Program-made: the position numbers and the translations under genes
Notes under the pieces: model-generated
Told to the model about the DNA's origin: nothing
Database searches by the model: none
What the model saw: only the letters and a program-made list of their open reading frames with translations
Assembly: GCA_014237915.1 (NCBI GenBank)
Contig: JABACC010000013.1
Location: 64,568 to 128,567 of the forward strand
From: Candidatus Paceibacter sp.
GTDB taxonomy: Bacteria > Patescibacteriota > Minisyncoccia > Phycocordibacterales > GCA-2747955
Direction of reading: 5' to 3'
Length of the DNA: 64,000 nt
In this document: one piece after another, positions 28,163 through 36,781 of the stretch
Numbering within the stretch: position 1 is the stretch's first letter
Layout: every line of letters starts with the position of its first letter

Positions 28163-28843
28163 GATTTTTTTTCTTCTTTCTTCATTTCTCTTGTTTACTT
28201 TATTTTCAATTTCAGAAAGATTAACTCTTTCTATAACAGAAAGTTTGGAGGCTCTTCCCCACTTATTGTTGCCGTCCTGTCCGTGAGAGCTTTCATCTCC
28301 TTTTTCAGATCTGATTAAATATAAAAAATTTCCACTATTTGGACCTATGTATCTACTCATGTAGTCATCTGAATAATAGGCTTTAGGATGATTATCGTCT
28401 CGTTCATCTTTTGCTAAACCATCTATATCCCAAATTTCTTTACCTGTATTATCTTCTTTAGGATTTATTTCAGATTTTGATAAATGGTAACCAATATCCC
28501 AATTATTTTTGATAGCTTGAGCTAATAAAAATTCTACAAAATCTTCTTCTGTTTTTTCGTCATTGTCAATTTTTTCTTTCCAAACCCTAAGTAAATTTTT
28601 TCTAATTTCAAAAGGATAAGACAGAATCCTTTTTCTATCTTCAACGATGTATTTTAAAATTTTTTCTCTTATTTTTTTTATTGAATCCTCATTAAAATAA
28701 ACTTCATAAGCCTCATCTTCTAGTTTTTTAGTGATTTCATTACAAACCTCTTCAGCAAAAAGTAAATTTCTTATTCTTTCATTTTCTTTTTCTTTTTCTT
28801 TATCGTTTTTAGAAAAATAAAAAGTTTTATTAAAATTTTCCAT
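28142..28843 (-). CDS. Hypothetical protein (233 aa)
   Basis: ORF only. Its 3' end overlaps the valS 3' end by 21 nt in a convergent arrangement. Confidence 0.4.
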   Translation of the reverse strand: MENFNKTFYFSKNDKEKEKENERIRNLLFAEEVCNEITKKLEDEAYEVYFNEDSIKKIREKILKYIVEDRKRILSYPFEIRKNLLRVWKEKIDNDEKTEEDFVEFLLAQAIKNNWDIGYHLSKSEINPKEDNTGKEIWDIDGLAKDERDDNHPKAYYSDDYMSRYIGPNSGNFLYLIRSEKGDESSHGQDGNNKWGRASKLSVIERVNLSEIENKVNKRNEERRKKILKLFHH

Positions 28844-28857
28844 AATCTTATTATATA

Positions 28858-29577
28858 CTAAACATTTATTTTGTCAATAAAAAATCCTCTTTTTTTATTG
28901 AATAAAAAAGAAATTTCCATATACGAATTTATTTTAAAAGTCTTAAAAATATCTAAAATTTCTTCGTAAACTTTATCTCTATCTTCTTGACTCAAATCAT
29001 TTAATTTTTCTTTTGGAATAATATTTGTTTCTCCAAAAATATCTTTATAAATTAAATAAGAAAAAATATTCCCTTCTACTTTTTCTTCGAGGAAAAAATC
29101 TTTTTTATCTTCTGAATTTAAGATTTTTTCGACTCCTTTTAAATCTTCAGGTTTTTCGATTTCAAAAAGCTTATTTTTTTTGAAATTTTTCAAAACTGAA
29201 GGTTGTGGAAAATTTTTCCAAATATCTAAAAAATTTTCTCCATCTTTAAATTCCAAAAAAGGTAAAACTCTGAAACTATTTTTACTTAAAAAATTTTTAC
29301 TATTTACAACACTTCCAAAAACTAATTTATTCATCAACGAATTTGAAATTTTCTTTTCTTCTTTTGTTGTTAAGCTGATTTTTTCTAAATTTTTATCAAA
29401 TAAAGTATTAAAAAAAACATAATTCGAATTTAAAATTTCTTCCTCTATTTTTTGGTAATCTTGAAAATTTTTTATTTTTTTGATTTCAAAATCAGTATTT
29501 ACTAAAATTTTTGAAATTAAATCTTTAATTTTTTCAAAATCTTTTTCTTTTTCTCCAATTATTAAAACTTTTTCCAT
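28858..29577 (-). CDS. Hypothetical protein, weak ATP-grasp-like C-terminal half
   Basis: The C-terminal pattern VEGNIFSYLIY...YMEISFLFNKKRGFFIDKIN loosely resembles an ATP-grasp core. Confidence 0.3.
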   Translation of the reverse strand: MEKVLIIGEKEKDFEKIKDLISKILVNTDFEIKKIKNFQDYQKIEEEILNSNYVFFNTLFDKNLEKISLTTKEEKKISNSLMNKLVFGSVVNSKNFLSKNSFRVLPFLEFKDGENFLDIWKNFPQPSVLKNFKKNKLFEIEKPEDLKGVEKILNSEDKKDFFLEEKVEGNIFSYLIYKDIFGETNIIPKEKLNDLSQEDRDKVYEEILDIFKTFKINSYMEISFLFNKKRGFFIDKINV

Positions 29578-29579
29578 AA

Positions 29580-30926
29580 TTAAATACTAAAATTTTTATA
29601 AAAATCTTCATCGCTATCTTCTCCGTCTTTTTTCTCTTCGTTATAATTTTCAAAATCAATAGTCGTCTCATTTTCTTTTTTACCAAAATCTTCTCCAATT
29701 ATAATTTCACTGCTTTGGATATTTTTTTCAAGCTCTGAAAATTTTTCTGAAAAAATTTCTTCTTCTGTTTTTTCTTTGTTTTTGAGCGGAAAAAGCGGAG
29801 CTTTTTCCGCTTCAACATATTTTTCAACATTTTCTATTTTTTCCGCATCTTTATTTTCCCTTCTAAAATCATTATTTAAATCTTTTTTTAACTCATCTAA
29901 TTTTTCATCATACGAAATACTTCCTAAAGTATAAGAAATTTCTTTATTTTCTTCTTCTAAATTTTCCCTCTCATCTTTTTCTTCAAAATTCTTTTCATCA
30001 TTTTGATTAAAATCCAAACTTGGATTTTGATCAAATAGAAAATCGTCTTCGGGTTTTTTTTCTTCTGGTTTTTGCGGAAAAAGCTTCGCTTTTTCCGCAT
30101 CTCCATTTTTATCAATAATATTTAAAATATTTTGTAAACCTTCTTTTGAAAAAACATCCACCATTAATTTCATTCCTTTTTTTCTTTTTTCAACTTTCAC
30201 TGGCGAACCAAGTTTATCAGAAATTTTATTTTCAATTTCTCTAATCTCAGGATCAAAAACATCTTTTTTAGATTTACCCACCACAATATTTCTTGCAATT
30301 TTTTCAGCTTCTCTAACTGTTAAATCATATTCTAAAATCTCTTCCAATAATTTTTTCTGATCTTCCTCTTTTTCTTTCAACATTAAAAGCGGGCGTGTAT
30401 GCCCTTCTGAAATTTTTCCCGCCTGCAAAGCTTCCAAAATATTTTCAGGTAAAAGCAAAATTCTCAAAGCGTTTGAAATATATTCTCTGGATTTTCCCAT
30501 TTTTTCAGCAATTTGATCATGAGTTAGAGAAAATTCCTCTGAAAGCCTTTGAAAAGATTTTGCTTTATCGATTGGATTTAAATCCTCTCTTTGTAAATTC
30601 TCAATAATGGCAAGTTCTAATTTTTCACCTTCCGTGTTTTCTCCTTCTCTGATAATTGCGGGGATTTTTTTTAGGTTTGCTATTTTAGAAGCTCTAAATC
30701 TTCGCTCTCCTGCAATAATTTCAAAAAAAGAATTTTCTAAATCATCAGAATCTGAAATGGAAGATTTTTTTCTAACCACCACTATCGGTTGTAAAACACC
30801 ATACTGGGAAATTGAAGAAGCTAAATTATTTAATTTTTCTTCGTCAAAAAATTTTCTTGGCTGGTCTGGATTTGGAATAACTTTTTCTAAATCCAAATAA
30901 AAGACAGAGTTTTGTTTAAAATTCAT
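29580..30926 (-). CDS. parB: ParB/Spo0J-like protein with a long acidic C-terminal extension
   Basis: The N-terminus has VIPNPDQPRK...LQPIVV and the FEIIAGERRFRASK (GERRxRA) CTP-binding box. No parA is adjacent. Confidence 0.75.
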   Translation of the reverse strand: MNFKQNSVFYLDLEKVIPNPDQPRKFFDEEKLNNLASSISQYGVLQPIVVVRKKSSISDSDDLENSFFEIIAGERRFRASKIANLKKIPAIIREGENTEGEKLELAIIENLQREDLNPIDKAKSFQRLSEEFSLTHDQIAEKMGKSREYISNALRILLLPENILEALQAGKISEGHTRPLLMLKEKEEDQKKLLEEILEYDLTVREAEKIARNIVVGKSKKDVFDPEIREIENKISDKLGSPVKVEKRKKGMKLMVDVFSKEGLQNILNIIDKNGDAEKAKLFPQKPEEKKPEDDFLFDQNPSLDFNQNDEKNFEEKDERENLEEENKEISYTLGSISYDEKLDELKKDLNNDFRRENKDAEKIENVEKYVEAEKAPLFPLKNKEKTEEEIFSEKFSELEKNIQSSEIIIGEDFGKKENETTIDFENYNEEKKDGEDSDEDFYKNFSI

Positions 30927-30981
30927 AAAATAATTTTAACATTTTTAAGAAAAGAAAAAAATTAGTGTATAATTAAAAATA

Positions 30982-32925
30982 ATGAATAAAATTTACACAG
31001 GGAAAGTTAGGGTTTCCCACAAAAAAAAAGGTTTTTTTAATACAGACGATTTTGAAAAAAGTATCATTGTTGAAACAGAAAATTTGGGTGGCGCTCTTGA
31101 TCTTGATTTGGTGGAAATTTCTTTTTTGAAAAACAATTCTTATGGAGACCCTTTAGGGAAAGTAGAAAAAATAATTTCTCGAAACAAAGATCTTCATGTT
31201 GGAAAATTAATTAAATCTTTTAATCCTAAAACAAGAAAAAAAGAACTCATCTTTACGCCCGACAACTACCGATTTTACCCCGATGTTGAATTTCAAAATT
31301 TAGAAAAATTTGAAAAAGCAGAAGAGGGCTACAAAGTTTCTATAAAAATAGAAGACTACAAAAATTCTGACTCTTTAGCAAAAGCTGAAATTATTGAAAT
31401 TTTGGGGAAAGCTGGAAAAAATGAAACGGAAATGAAAGCAGCTGTTTTAGAAGCTGGACTTCCCTTTTATTTTCCAGAAGAGGTTGAAAAAGAAGCAGAG
31501 GAAATTAAAAAAAATTCTTCAAAAATAATTGAAGAAGAAAAAAAAAATAGAAAAGATTTAACCCATCTTAATGTTTTTACAATTGATCCGGCTGATGCTA
31601 AAGATTTTGACGACGCGCTTTCTGTTGAAAAACTAGACGACGGAAATTTTAGAGTTGGAATTCATATCGCAGATCCTTCTTTTTTTGTGAAAAAAAATTC
31701 TCTGCTTGAAAAAGAAGCTCAAAAAAGAGCAACTTCGATTTATTTAGTCGATAGAACAATTCCGATGCTTCCTGAAGTTTTATCAAATGATCTTTGCTCT
31801 TTAAACCCTAACGAAGAAAAACTTACTTTTTCTGTTTTGGTCACTTTATCCGCTGAAGCAAAAATTTTAAAAACAGAGCTTGTAAATTCTTTTGTTGTTT
31901 CAAAAAAAAGATTTGATTATTTGGGGGCTCAAAAAATTTTAGATGAAAAAAATGGAGATTTTTTGGAAGATTTACAGATTTTAGAAAACTTGGCTGATAA
32001 TTTAGAAAAACAAAAGAAAAAAGGTGGATCGATAGAATTTTCTTCTGTGGAAGTAAAGTTTAAGCTTGATGAGGAAAAATTTCCAGTAGGAGTTTTTGTT
32101 AAAAAAAGAGTCAGGACAATGGAAATTATCGAAGAGTTTATGCTTTTGGCAAATAAAGAAATTTCAAAATACGCTTCTCTTTCGAGTTCTGGAGAAGAAC
32201 TTTCAAGGGCTTTTATTTATAGAATTCACGACAAGCCAAAACAAGAAAGAATTACAGAACTAATTTCTTTCCTTTCTGATTTAGGAGAAAAAGTTGATGA
32301 AGACGAAGACGGAAATTTAAGCTCACACGAAATAAATAAAATTTTAAAAAAGTTTAAAGATCATCCTTTGGAAGATTTAATTTCTCTTTCTATTTTAAGA
32401 TCAATGCAAAAAGCGGTTTACTCCACAAATAATATCGGTCATTTTGGTCTTGGATTTAAATATTATTCTCATTTTACTTCCCCTATTCGTCGTTATCCTG
32501 ACATGATAGCTCACCGGCTTTTGCGAGATTATTTGCAAGGCTTAAATCACGATCAAAAAAAAGAAGCTGAAATTTCAGCTCTTGCAGAACACTCTTCTGA
32601 AATGGAGGCAAAAGCGGTCACAGCCGAACGAGCTTCAATTTTATTTAAACAAACTCAATATTATTCTGTTAGAGTTTCTGAAGAATTTTCAGGAATGGTT
32701 GTGGGAGTAAATAAATTTGGAATTTTTGTAGAAAATATCCAAACAAAAACAACTGGAACTCTTTCAGTGCGTGATATTTATGGAGATTTTTTTGAATTTA
32801 ATGAAAAAAAAAGAGAGCTTGTTGGAAAAAACACAAAAAGAAAATTTAAACTTGGAGATAAAATAAAAGCAAAAATAAAAGAAGTAGATATAGAAAATAG
32901 AAAAATAAATTTAACATTAAAATGA
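30982..32925 (+). CDS. rnr: Ribonuclease R / RNase II family exoribonuclease
   Basis: The RNB domain (DDALSVEKL...IHIADPS), a C-terminal S1 domain and a basic tail are present. Confidence 0.8.
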   Translation: MNKIYTGKVRVSHKKKGFFNTDDFEKSIIVETENLGGALDLDLVEISFLKNNSYGDPLGKVEKIISRNKDLHVGKLIKSFNPKTRKKELIFTPDNYRFYPDVEFQNLEKFEKAEEGYKVSIKIEDYKNSDSLAKAEIIEILGKAGKNETEMKAAVLEAGLPFYFPEEVEKEAEEIKKNSSKIIEEEKKNRKDLTHLNVFTIDPADAKDFDDALSVEKLDDGNFRVGIHIADPSFFVKKNSLLEKEAQKRATSIYLVDRTIPMLPEVLSNDLCSLNPNEEKLTFSVLVTLSAEAKILKTELVNSFVVSKKRFDYLGAQKILDEKNGDFLEDLQILENLADNLEKQKKKGGSIEFSSVEVKFKLDEEKFPVGVFVKKRVRTMEIIEEFMLLANKEISKYASLSSSGEELSRAFIYRIHDKPKQERITELISFLSDLGEKVDEDEDGNLSSHEINKILKKFKDHPLEDLISLSILRSMQKAVYSTNNIGHFGLGFKYYSHFTSPIRRYPDMIAHRLLRDYLQGLNHDQKKEAEISALAEHSSEMEAKAVTAERASILFKQTQYYSVRVSEEFSGMVVGVNKFGIFVENIQTKTTGTLSVRDIYGDFFEFNEKKRELVGKNTKRKFKLGDKIKAKIKEVDIENRKINLTLK

Positions 32926-32936
32926 TGTTTTTAAAA

Positions 32937-32969
32937 AGTGTCGAAAAATGACGAAGTCATTTTTCGACA
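32937..32969 (+). terminator. rnr terminator hairpin gtgtcgaaaaatgac-gaa-gtcatttttcgacac
   Basis: Perfect 15-bp stem followed by a T run. Confidence 0.5.
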
Positions 32970-32975
32970 CTTTTT

Positions 32976-32984
32976 TGCTATAAT
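32976..32984 (+). promoter_or_regulatory. Extended -10 TGCTATAAT 6 nt upstream of the murC ATG (leaderless-type)
   Basis: The sequence is ttTGCTATAATcttaaaATG. Confidence 0.45.
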
Positions 32985-32990
32985 CTTAAA

Positions 32991-34283
32991 ATGTTAGAAA
33001 ATCTAAAAAATAAAAAAGTGTTTTTTATTGGGGTTGGTGGAATTGGAGTTTCCTCACTTGCAAAATTTTTTAAAAATAAAGGTTTTGAAATTTTCGGATC
33101 TGATGCGTCTAAAAATGAAAACGTTCAAGGTCTAATTGAAAAATATAATTTAAATTTTCATCTTGGGCACGAAGCTAAAAATATTCAGAAAGATTTAGAT
33201 CTTATTATTTATTCTCCTGCAATTTCTGAGCAAAATCCAGAAAGAAAAAAAGCTAAAGAGTTTGAAATTCCTCAATTTTCCTATCCAGAATTTTTAGGAA
33301 AAATTTCAGAAAAAATTAAAACAATTGCGGTTTCAGGAACAAACGGAAAAACAACAACAACCTCAATGATTTATGAAATTTTAAAAGATCAAAATATTGA
33401 TCCTCTTTTAATTTTAGGTGGGATTTCCAAAAAAATAAATTCTAATTTTTCTTCCGGAAAAGACGATCTTTTTTTAGTTGAGGCTTGTGAATACAAAAAA
33501 TCTTTTCTTTCAATAAAGCCTGATATTTTAATAATCACAAATATTACCCCTGATCATTTAGATTACTTTAAAGATTTTAATGAAATTAAAAAAACTTTTT
33601 CAAATTTTGTGGAAAATATAAAAGAAGGAGGAAAATTAATTATTCCAGAAAAATCACCAGTTTTTGAAGAAATTGTAAAAAAAGCTCTTTTGCAAAAAAT
33701 TGAAATTTATACTTTCTTAGATGAAAAAAAAGATTTAAAAGTAAAATCTCCGGGTGAACATAATAGACAAAACGGAGCAGCTGCAATTTCTTTTTCTAAA
33801 ATTTTTTCTTTGGATTATCAAAAATCAAAAAAATATTTAGAAGAAAATTTTTCAGGAACAAAAAGAAGAATGGACGAAATAGGAAAAACGGATTATGGAG
33901 CTACAATTTTTGACGATTACGCTCACAACCCTGAAGGTTTAAATTTTTTAGTAGAAACTTTCAAAAACGAATACCCTCAAAAAAAAATTATAATTATTTT
34001 TTCTCCTCATCTTTATTCAAGAACAAAAAAATTTTTTAATGAATTTGTAAATATTTTAAAAAAAGCTAATTTTTCTTATATCGAACCAATTTACGCCGCC
34101 AGAGAAATAAAAGATCCAACGATTAATTCAGAAAAATTTTGTTTATATTCAGAAAATTCTTTTTGTGGATCAAGAGAAGAGATTAAAAAAAATATTGAAG
34201 AAAAAAAATATAATGAAAATTATATTTTAGTAACCGTCGGAGCTGGAGATATAGACAAACTTGCTTACGAGTTAAAAAACTAA
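32991..34283 (+). CDS. murC: UDP-N-acetylmuramate--L-alanine ligase
   Basis: It has FFIGVGGIGVSSLA and the GTNGKTTTTSMI P-loop of the Mur ligase family. Confidence 0.85.
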   Translation: MLENLKNKKVFFIGVGGIGVSSLAKFFKNKGFEIFGSDASKNENVQGLIEKYNLNFHLGHEAKNIQKDLDLIIYSPAISEQNPERKKAKEFEIPQFSYPEFLGKISEKIKTIAVSGTNGKTTTTSMIYEILKDQNIDPLLILGGISKKINSNFSSGKDDLFLVEACEYKKSFLSIKPDILIITNITPDHLDYFKDFNEIKKTFSNFVENIKEGGKLIIPEKSPVFEEIVKKALLQKIEIYTFLDEKKDLKVKSPGEHNRQNGAAAISFSKIFSLDYQKSKKYLEENFSGTKRRMDEIGKTDYGATIFDDYAHNPEGLNFLVETFKNEYPQKKIIIIFSPHLYSRTKKFFNEFVNILKKANFSYIEPIYAAREIKDPTINSEKFCLYSENSFCGSREEIKKNIEEKKYNENYILVTVGAGDIDKLAYELKN

Positions 34284-34284
34284 T

Positions 34285-35169
34285 ATGGAAAATTTAACAA
34301 AAAAAGAATTAAAAATTTTTTATAAGTATGCTTGTGAAGAAAAAACTATCTTTTCAATTTATAAAAATCTAGCTAAAAAAACAGAGAGTGTTGAAAATAA
34401 AAAAATTTTAGAAAAAATTTCTATAATTGAAAAAAAACATAAAAATATTTTAAAAGATACTTTTCAATTTAAAAAACCTTTGCTAGATAAAAAAGTAAAT
34501 ATTTTTGTATATACTTTTTTTTATAAAATTTTAGGTCTTAAATTTACCATTGAGCTTTTAGAAAAAAAGGAGTTGAAAAATATTTCTTTTTATAAAAAAT
34601 ACAAAGAAAAATTCCCAGAACTTAAAAAAATAATTAAAGACGAAGATTTTGAAGAACAAAAAATAATTAAAGGTTTAAAAGACGAGAAATTAACTTACGC
34701 TTCTTCTATAGTCCTAGGTCTTTCAGATGCTATTGTGGAACTTTCAGGAACATTAGCTGGCCTTTCTTTTGCTTTTTCGCACTCAAAAACTGTTGGAATT
34801 GCTGGAGCAATCATAGGACTTTCCGCTTCTTTGTCGATGGGAGCTTCAGAATATTTATCAACAAAAGAAGAAATTGAAAATAAAAAATCTCCAATTAGAG
34901 GCGCTTTTTATACTTTTATTTCTTATTTAACAGCTGTTTTTTTTCTTGTCTCACCTTATTTTATTTTTAAAAATATTTTTATAGCCCTTTTAATCTCAAT
35001 TTCCATCGCCATTCTTTTAATTATTTTTTATACTTTTTATATTTCTGTTTCAAAAAAGCAAAAATTTTCAAAAAGATTTTTAGAGATGTTTTTTATAATG
35101 TTTTCTGTTATGTTGATTTCGTTTGCCTTTGGTTTTTTCTTAAAAAAAATTACAGGAATTGATATTTAA
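34285..35169 (+). CDS. Er-VIT1-type protein: N-terminal erythrin/ferritin-like domain fused to a VIT1/CCC1 membrane domain
   Basis: The N-terminus has a four-helix ExxH pattern (IEKKH). The C-terminus has LGLSDAIVELSGTLAGLS and SMGASEYLS VIT motifs. Confidence 0.55.
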   Translation: MENLTKKELKIFYKYACEEKTIFSIYKNLAKKTESVENKKILEKISIIEKKHKNILKDTFQFKKPLLDKKVNIFVYTFFYKILGLKFTIELLEKKELKNISFYKKYKEKFPELKKIIKDEDFEEQKIIKGLKDEKLTYASSIVLGLSDAIVELSGTLAGLSFAFSHSKTVGIAGAIIGLSASLSMGASEYLSTKEEIENKKSPIRGAFYTFISYLTAVFFLVSPYFIFKNIFIALLISISIAILLIIFYTFYISVSKKQKFSKRFLEMFFIMFSVMLISFAFGFFLKKITGIDI

Positions 35170-35382
35170 AACAAGAAAATTCTCTAAAAAATGTCTGTGG
35201 ATAAGTTCTGAAAAAAGTAGAAAAAAAGTTTGGTATTTTTTTAAAAATCTATATAATACTGATATTGAAAATTTAAACTTACTTAAATTTTCAATGCCTC
35301 GAGTTTTTAAACACTTGTGTTTGAAAGCTCAATTGAGAAATTTAGTTTTTCGGAATTAAAGTTCTCAATTGAGTTTCTCTCG

Positions 35383-35412
35383 GGAAACTCAATTTGAAAA
35401 AACCTCCCTCGG
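35383..35412. terminator. Hairpin aacctccCTCGggaggtt followed by a T run, in a convergent gene gap
   Basis: Inverted repeat preceded by a second hairpin ttgagtttc-tctcggg-gaaactcaa. Confidence 0.45.
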
Positions 35413-35443
35413 GAGGTTTTTTCTTTTTAGAAAATAATTTAAA

Positions 35444-35815
35444 TTAATTTTCTTTTTTCTTTTTTTTTTGATAAAAAATGAAAATAATAGTTCCAACAAC
35501 TAAAAAAGAAAATCCATCTATCATTTCTGATTTTTTTCTTTTTTGATAAGTTTCTTTAGCATAAGTAGTTTCTCTTTCTACACAAGAACTATATTCTGCC
35601 TCGTTGAAAATTTCATCAGAAAAATTTAGATCATCTTTTTTTTCTACTTGCTGGCAAGTTCTTTGTGGATTAAAATAAGAATCTGTTTCTAAAGAAAAAA
35701 CATAAAGTTTTAAAAAAGAATTCAAAAGCATTACCGCTCCTATTGAAAAAAGTATAATCCCAGCTGAAGTTCCGACAAGTTTTACTAAATTCTTAATTAT
35801 ATCTAGAGCAACCAT
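35444..35815 (-). CDS. Hypothetical membrane protein (123 aa)
   Basis: Two TM helices flank a soluble loop. Confidence 0.4.
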   Translation of the reverse strand: MVALDIIKNLVKLVGTSAGIILFSIGAVMLLNSFLKLYVFSLETDSYFNPQRTCQQVEKKDDLNFSDEIFNEAEYSSCVERETTYAKETYQKRKKSEMIDGFSFLVVGTIIFIFYQKKKKKEN

Positions 35816-35817
35816 TT

Positions 35818-36354
35818 TTATTTTATTCCAAAAAGTTCTACTTCAAAAACAAGTGTTGATCCAGCAGGAATTAAAGGTGAAGGAGAAAGATCTCCGTAAG
35901 CTAAATCTGCAGGAATTGTAAATTTAAATTTTGAACCCACCGGCATTAATTGCAACCCTTCTGTCCAGCCAGCGATAACTTGATTTAAGCCAAAAGAAAT
36001 TTTTTCTCCTCTTTGAACTGACGAATCAAAAACATTTCCATCTAAAAGAGTTCCGTGGTAATGCACTTCCACTGTGTCAGTAGCTTCTGGTTTTTTACCA
36101 TCTCCTAAGCTTAAAACTTCGTATTGAAGCCCTGATTCTGTTGTATAATTTTTTCCAATTTCTAAATTTTCCATAATATTTTCTTTATTATTATTTTCAT
36201 TATTAATTTCTTTTGAATTTTCTATATTATCTTCTTCGTTTAAAATTCCCTCTTCTGGAGATCTGTATCCTGTGAGAAAATATGAAGCGTACATTATTAT
36301 TATTAAAACAATAACGGCTCCTAAAACAAAAAATTCATTATTTTTTCCACTCAT
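35818..36354 (-). CDS. FKBP-type peptidyl-prolyl cis-trans isomerase, membrane-anchored
   Basis: The FKBP domain reads VEVHYHGTLLDGNVFDSS...GLNQVIAGWTEGLQLMPVGSKFKFTIPADLAYG. Confidence 0.8.
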   Translation of the reverse strand: MSGKNNEFFVLGAVIVLIIIMYASYFLTGYRSPEEGILNEEDNIENSKEINNENNNKENIMENLEIGKNYTTESGLQYEVLSLGDGKKPEATDTVEVHYHGTLLDGNVFDSSVQRGEKISFGLNQVIAGWTEGLQLMPVGSKFKFTIPADLAYGDLSPSPLIPAGSTLVFEVELFGIK

Positions 36355-36355
36355 A

Positions 36356-36727
36356 TTAATTTTTAATTAATTTTTTAATAAAATTTTTAGCCTCTCTAGC
36401 TTTTTTTCTAACGCCAAAAACTCTTTTTGTTTTATTTTTTTCAATTTTCCTTGAAAGCTCTTCTTTTAAATGATCAATACAATTTAAAAGTGAGAAATCT
36501 TCCGTTTTTGCTCCATAAGTTTTTTTTGAAGTTGTGATTTTTGCTTCGGCAAAAAAATTATTACCTTTTTTTGAAGATGATGATTCTTGTCCCACCCTCA
36601 CATCAAAAAAAAGTTTTGGATCATCTTTTTTTAAAAATTTTTCCAAAGAAGAAATTTTTTTAATAATTCTTTTCTCCAACTTCTTGTCAGTTTCAATATT
36701 TTTCCAAAAAACTTTTATGTTACTCAT
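36356..36727 (-). CDS. hpf: Ribosome hibernation promoting factor / RaiA (S30EA family)
   Basis: Its ~120 aa, basic character and beta-alpha-beta-beta-beta-alpha pattern fit S30EA. Confidence 0.55.
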   Translation of the reverse strand: MSNIKVFWKNIETDKKLEKRIIKKISSLEKFLKKDDPKLFFDVRVGQESSSSKKGNNFFAEAKITTSKKTYGAKTEDFSLLNCIDHLKEELSRKIEKNKTKRVFGVRKKAREAKNFIKKLIKN

Positions 36728-36781
36728 ATATTTTTAATTTTTAAAATAAAACAAATTAATAAAATTATTATATCACAGAAA

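Noticed and set aside
35159-35359. 66-aa ORF after the VIT1-like gene
   Set aside because: It overlaps the gene end and the palindrome/hairpin-rich 3' region. It has no RBS or promoter and a low-complexity product.
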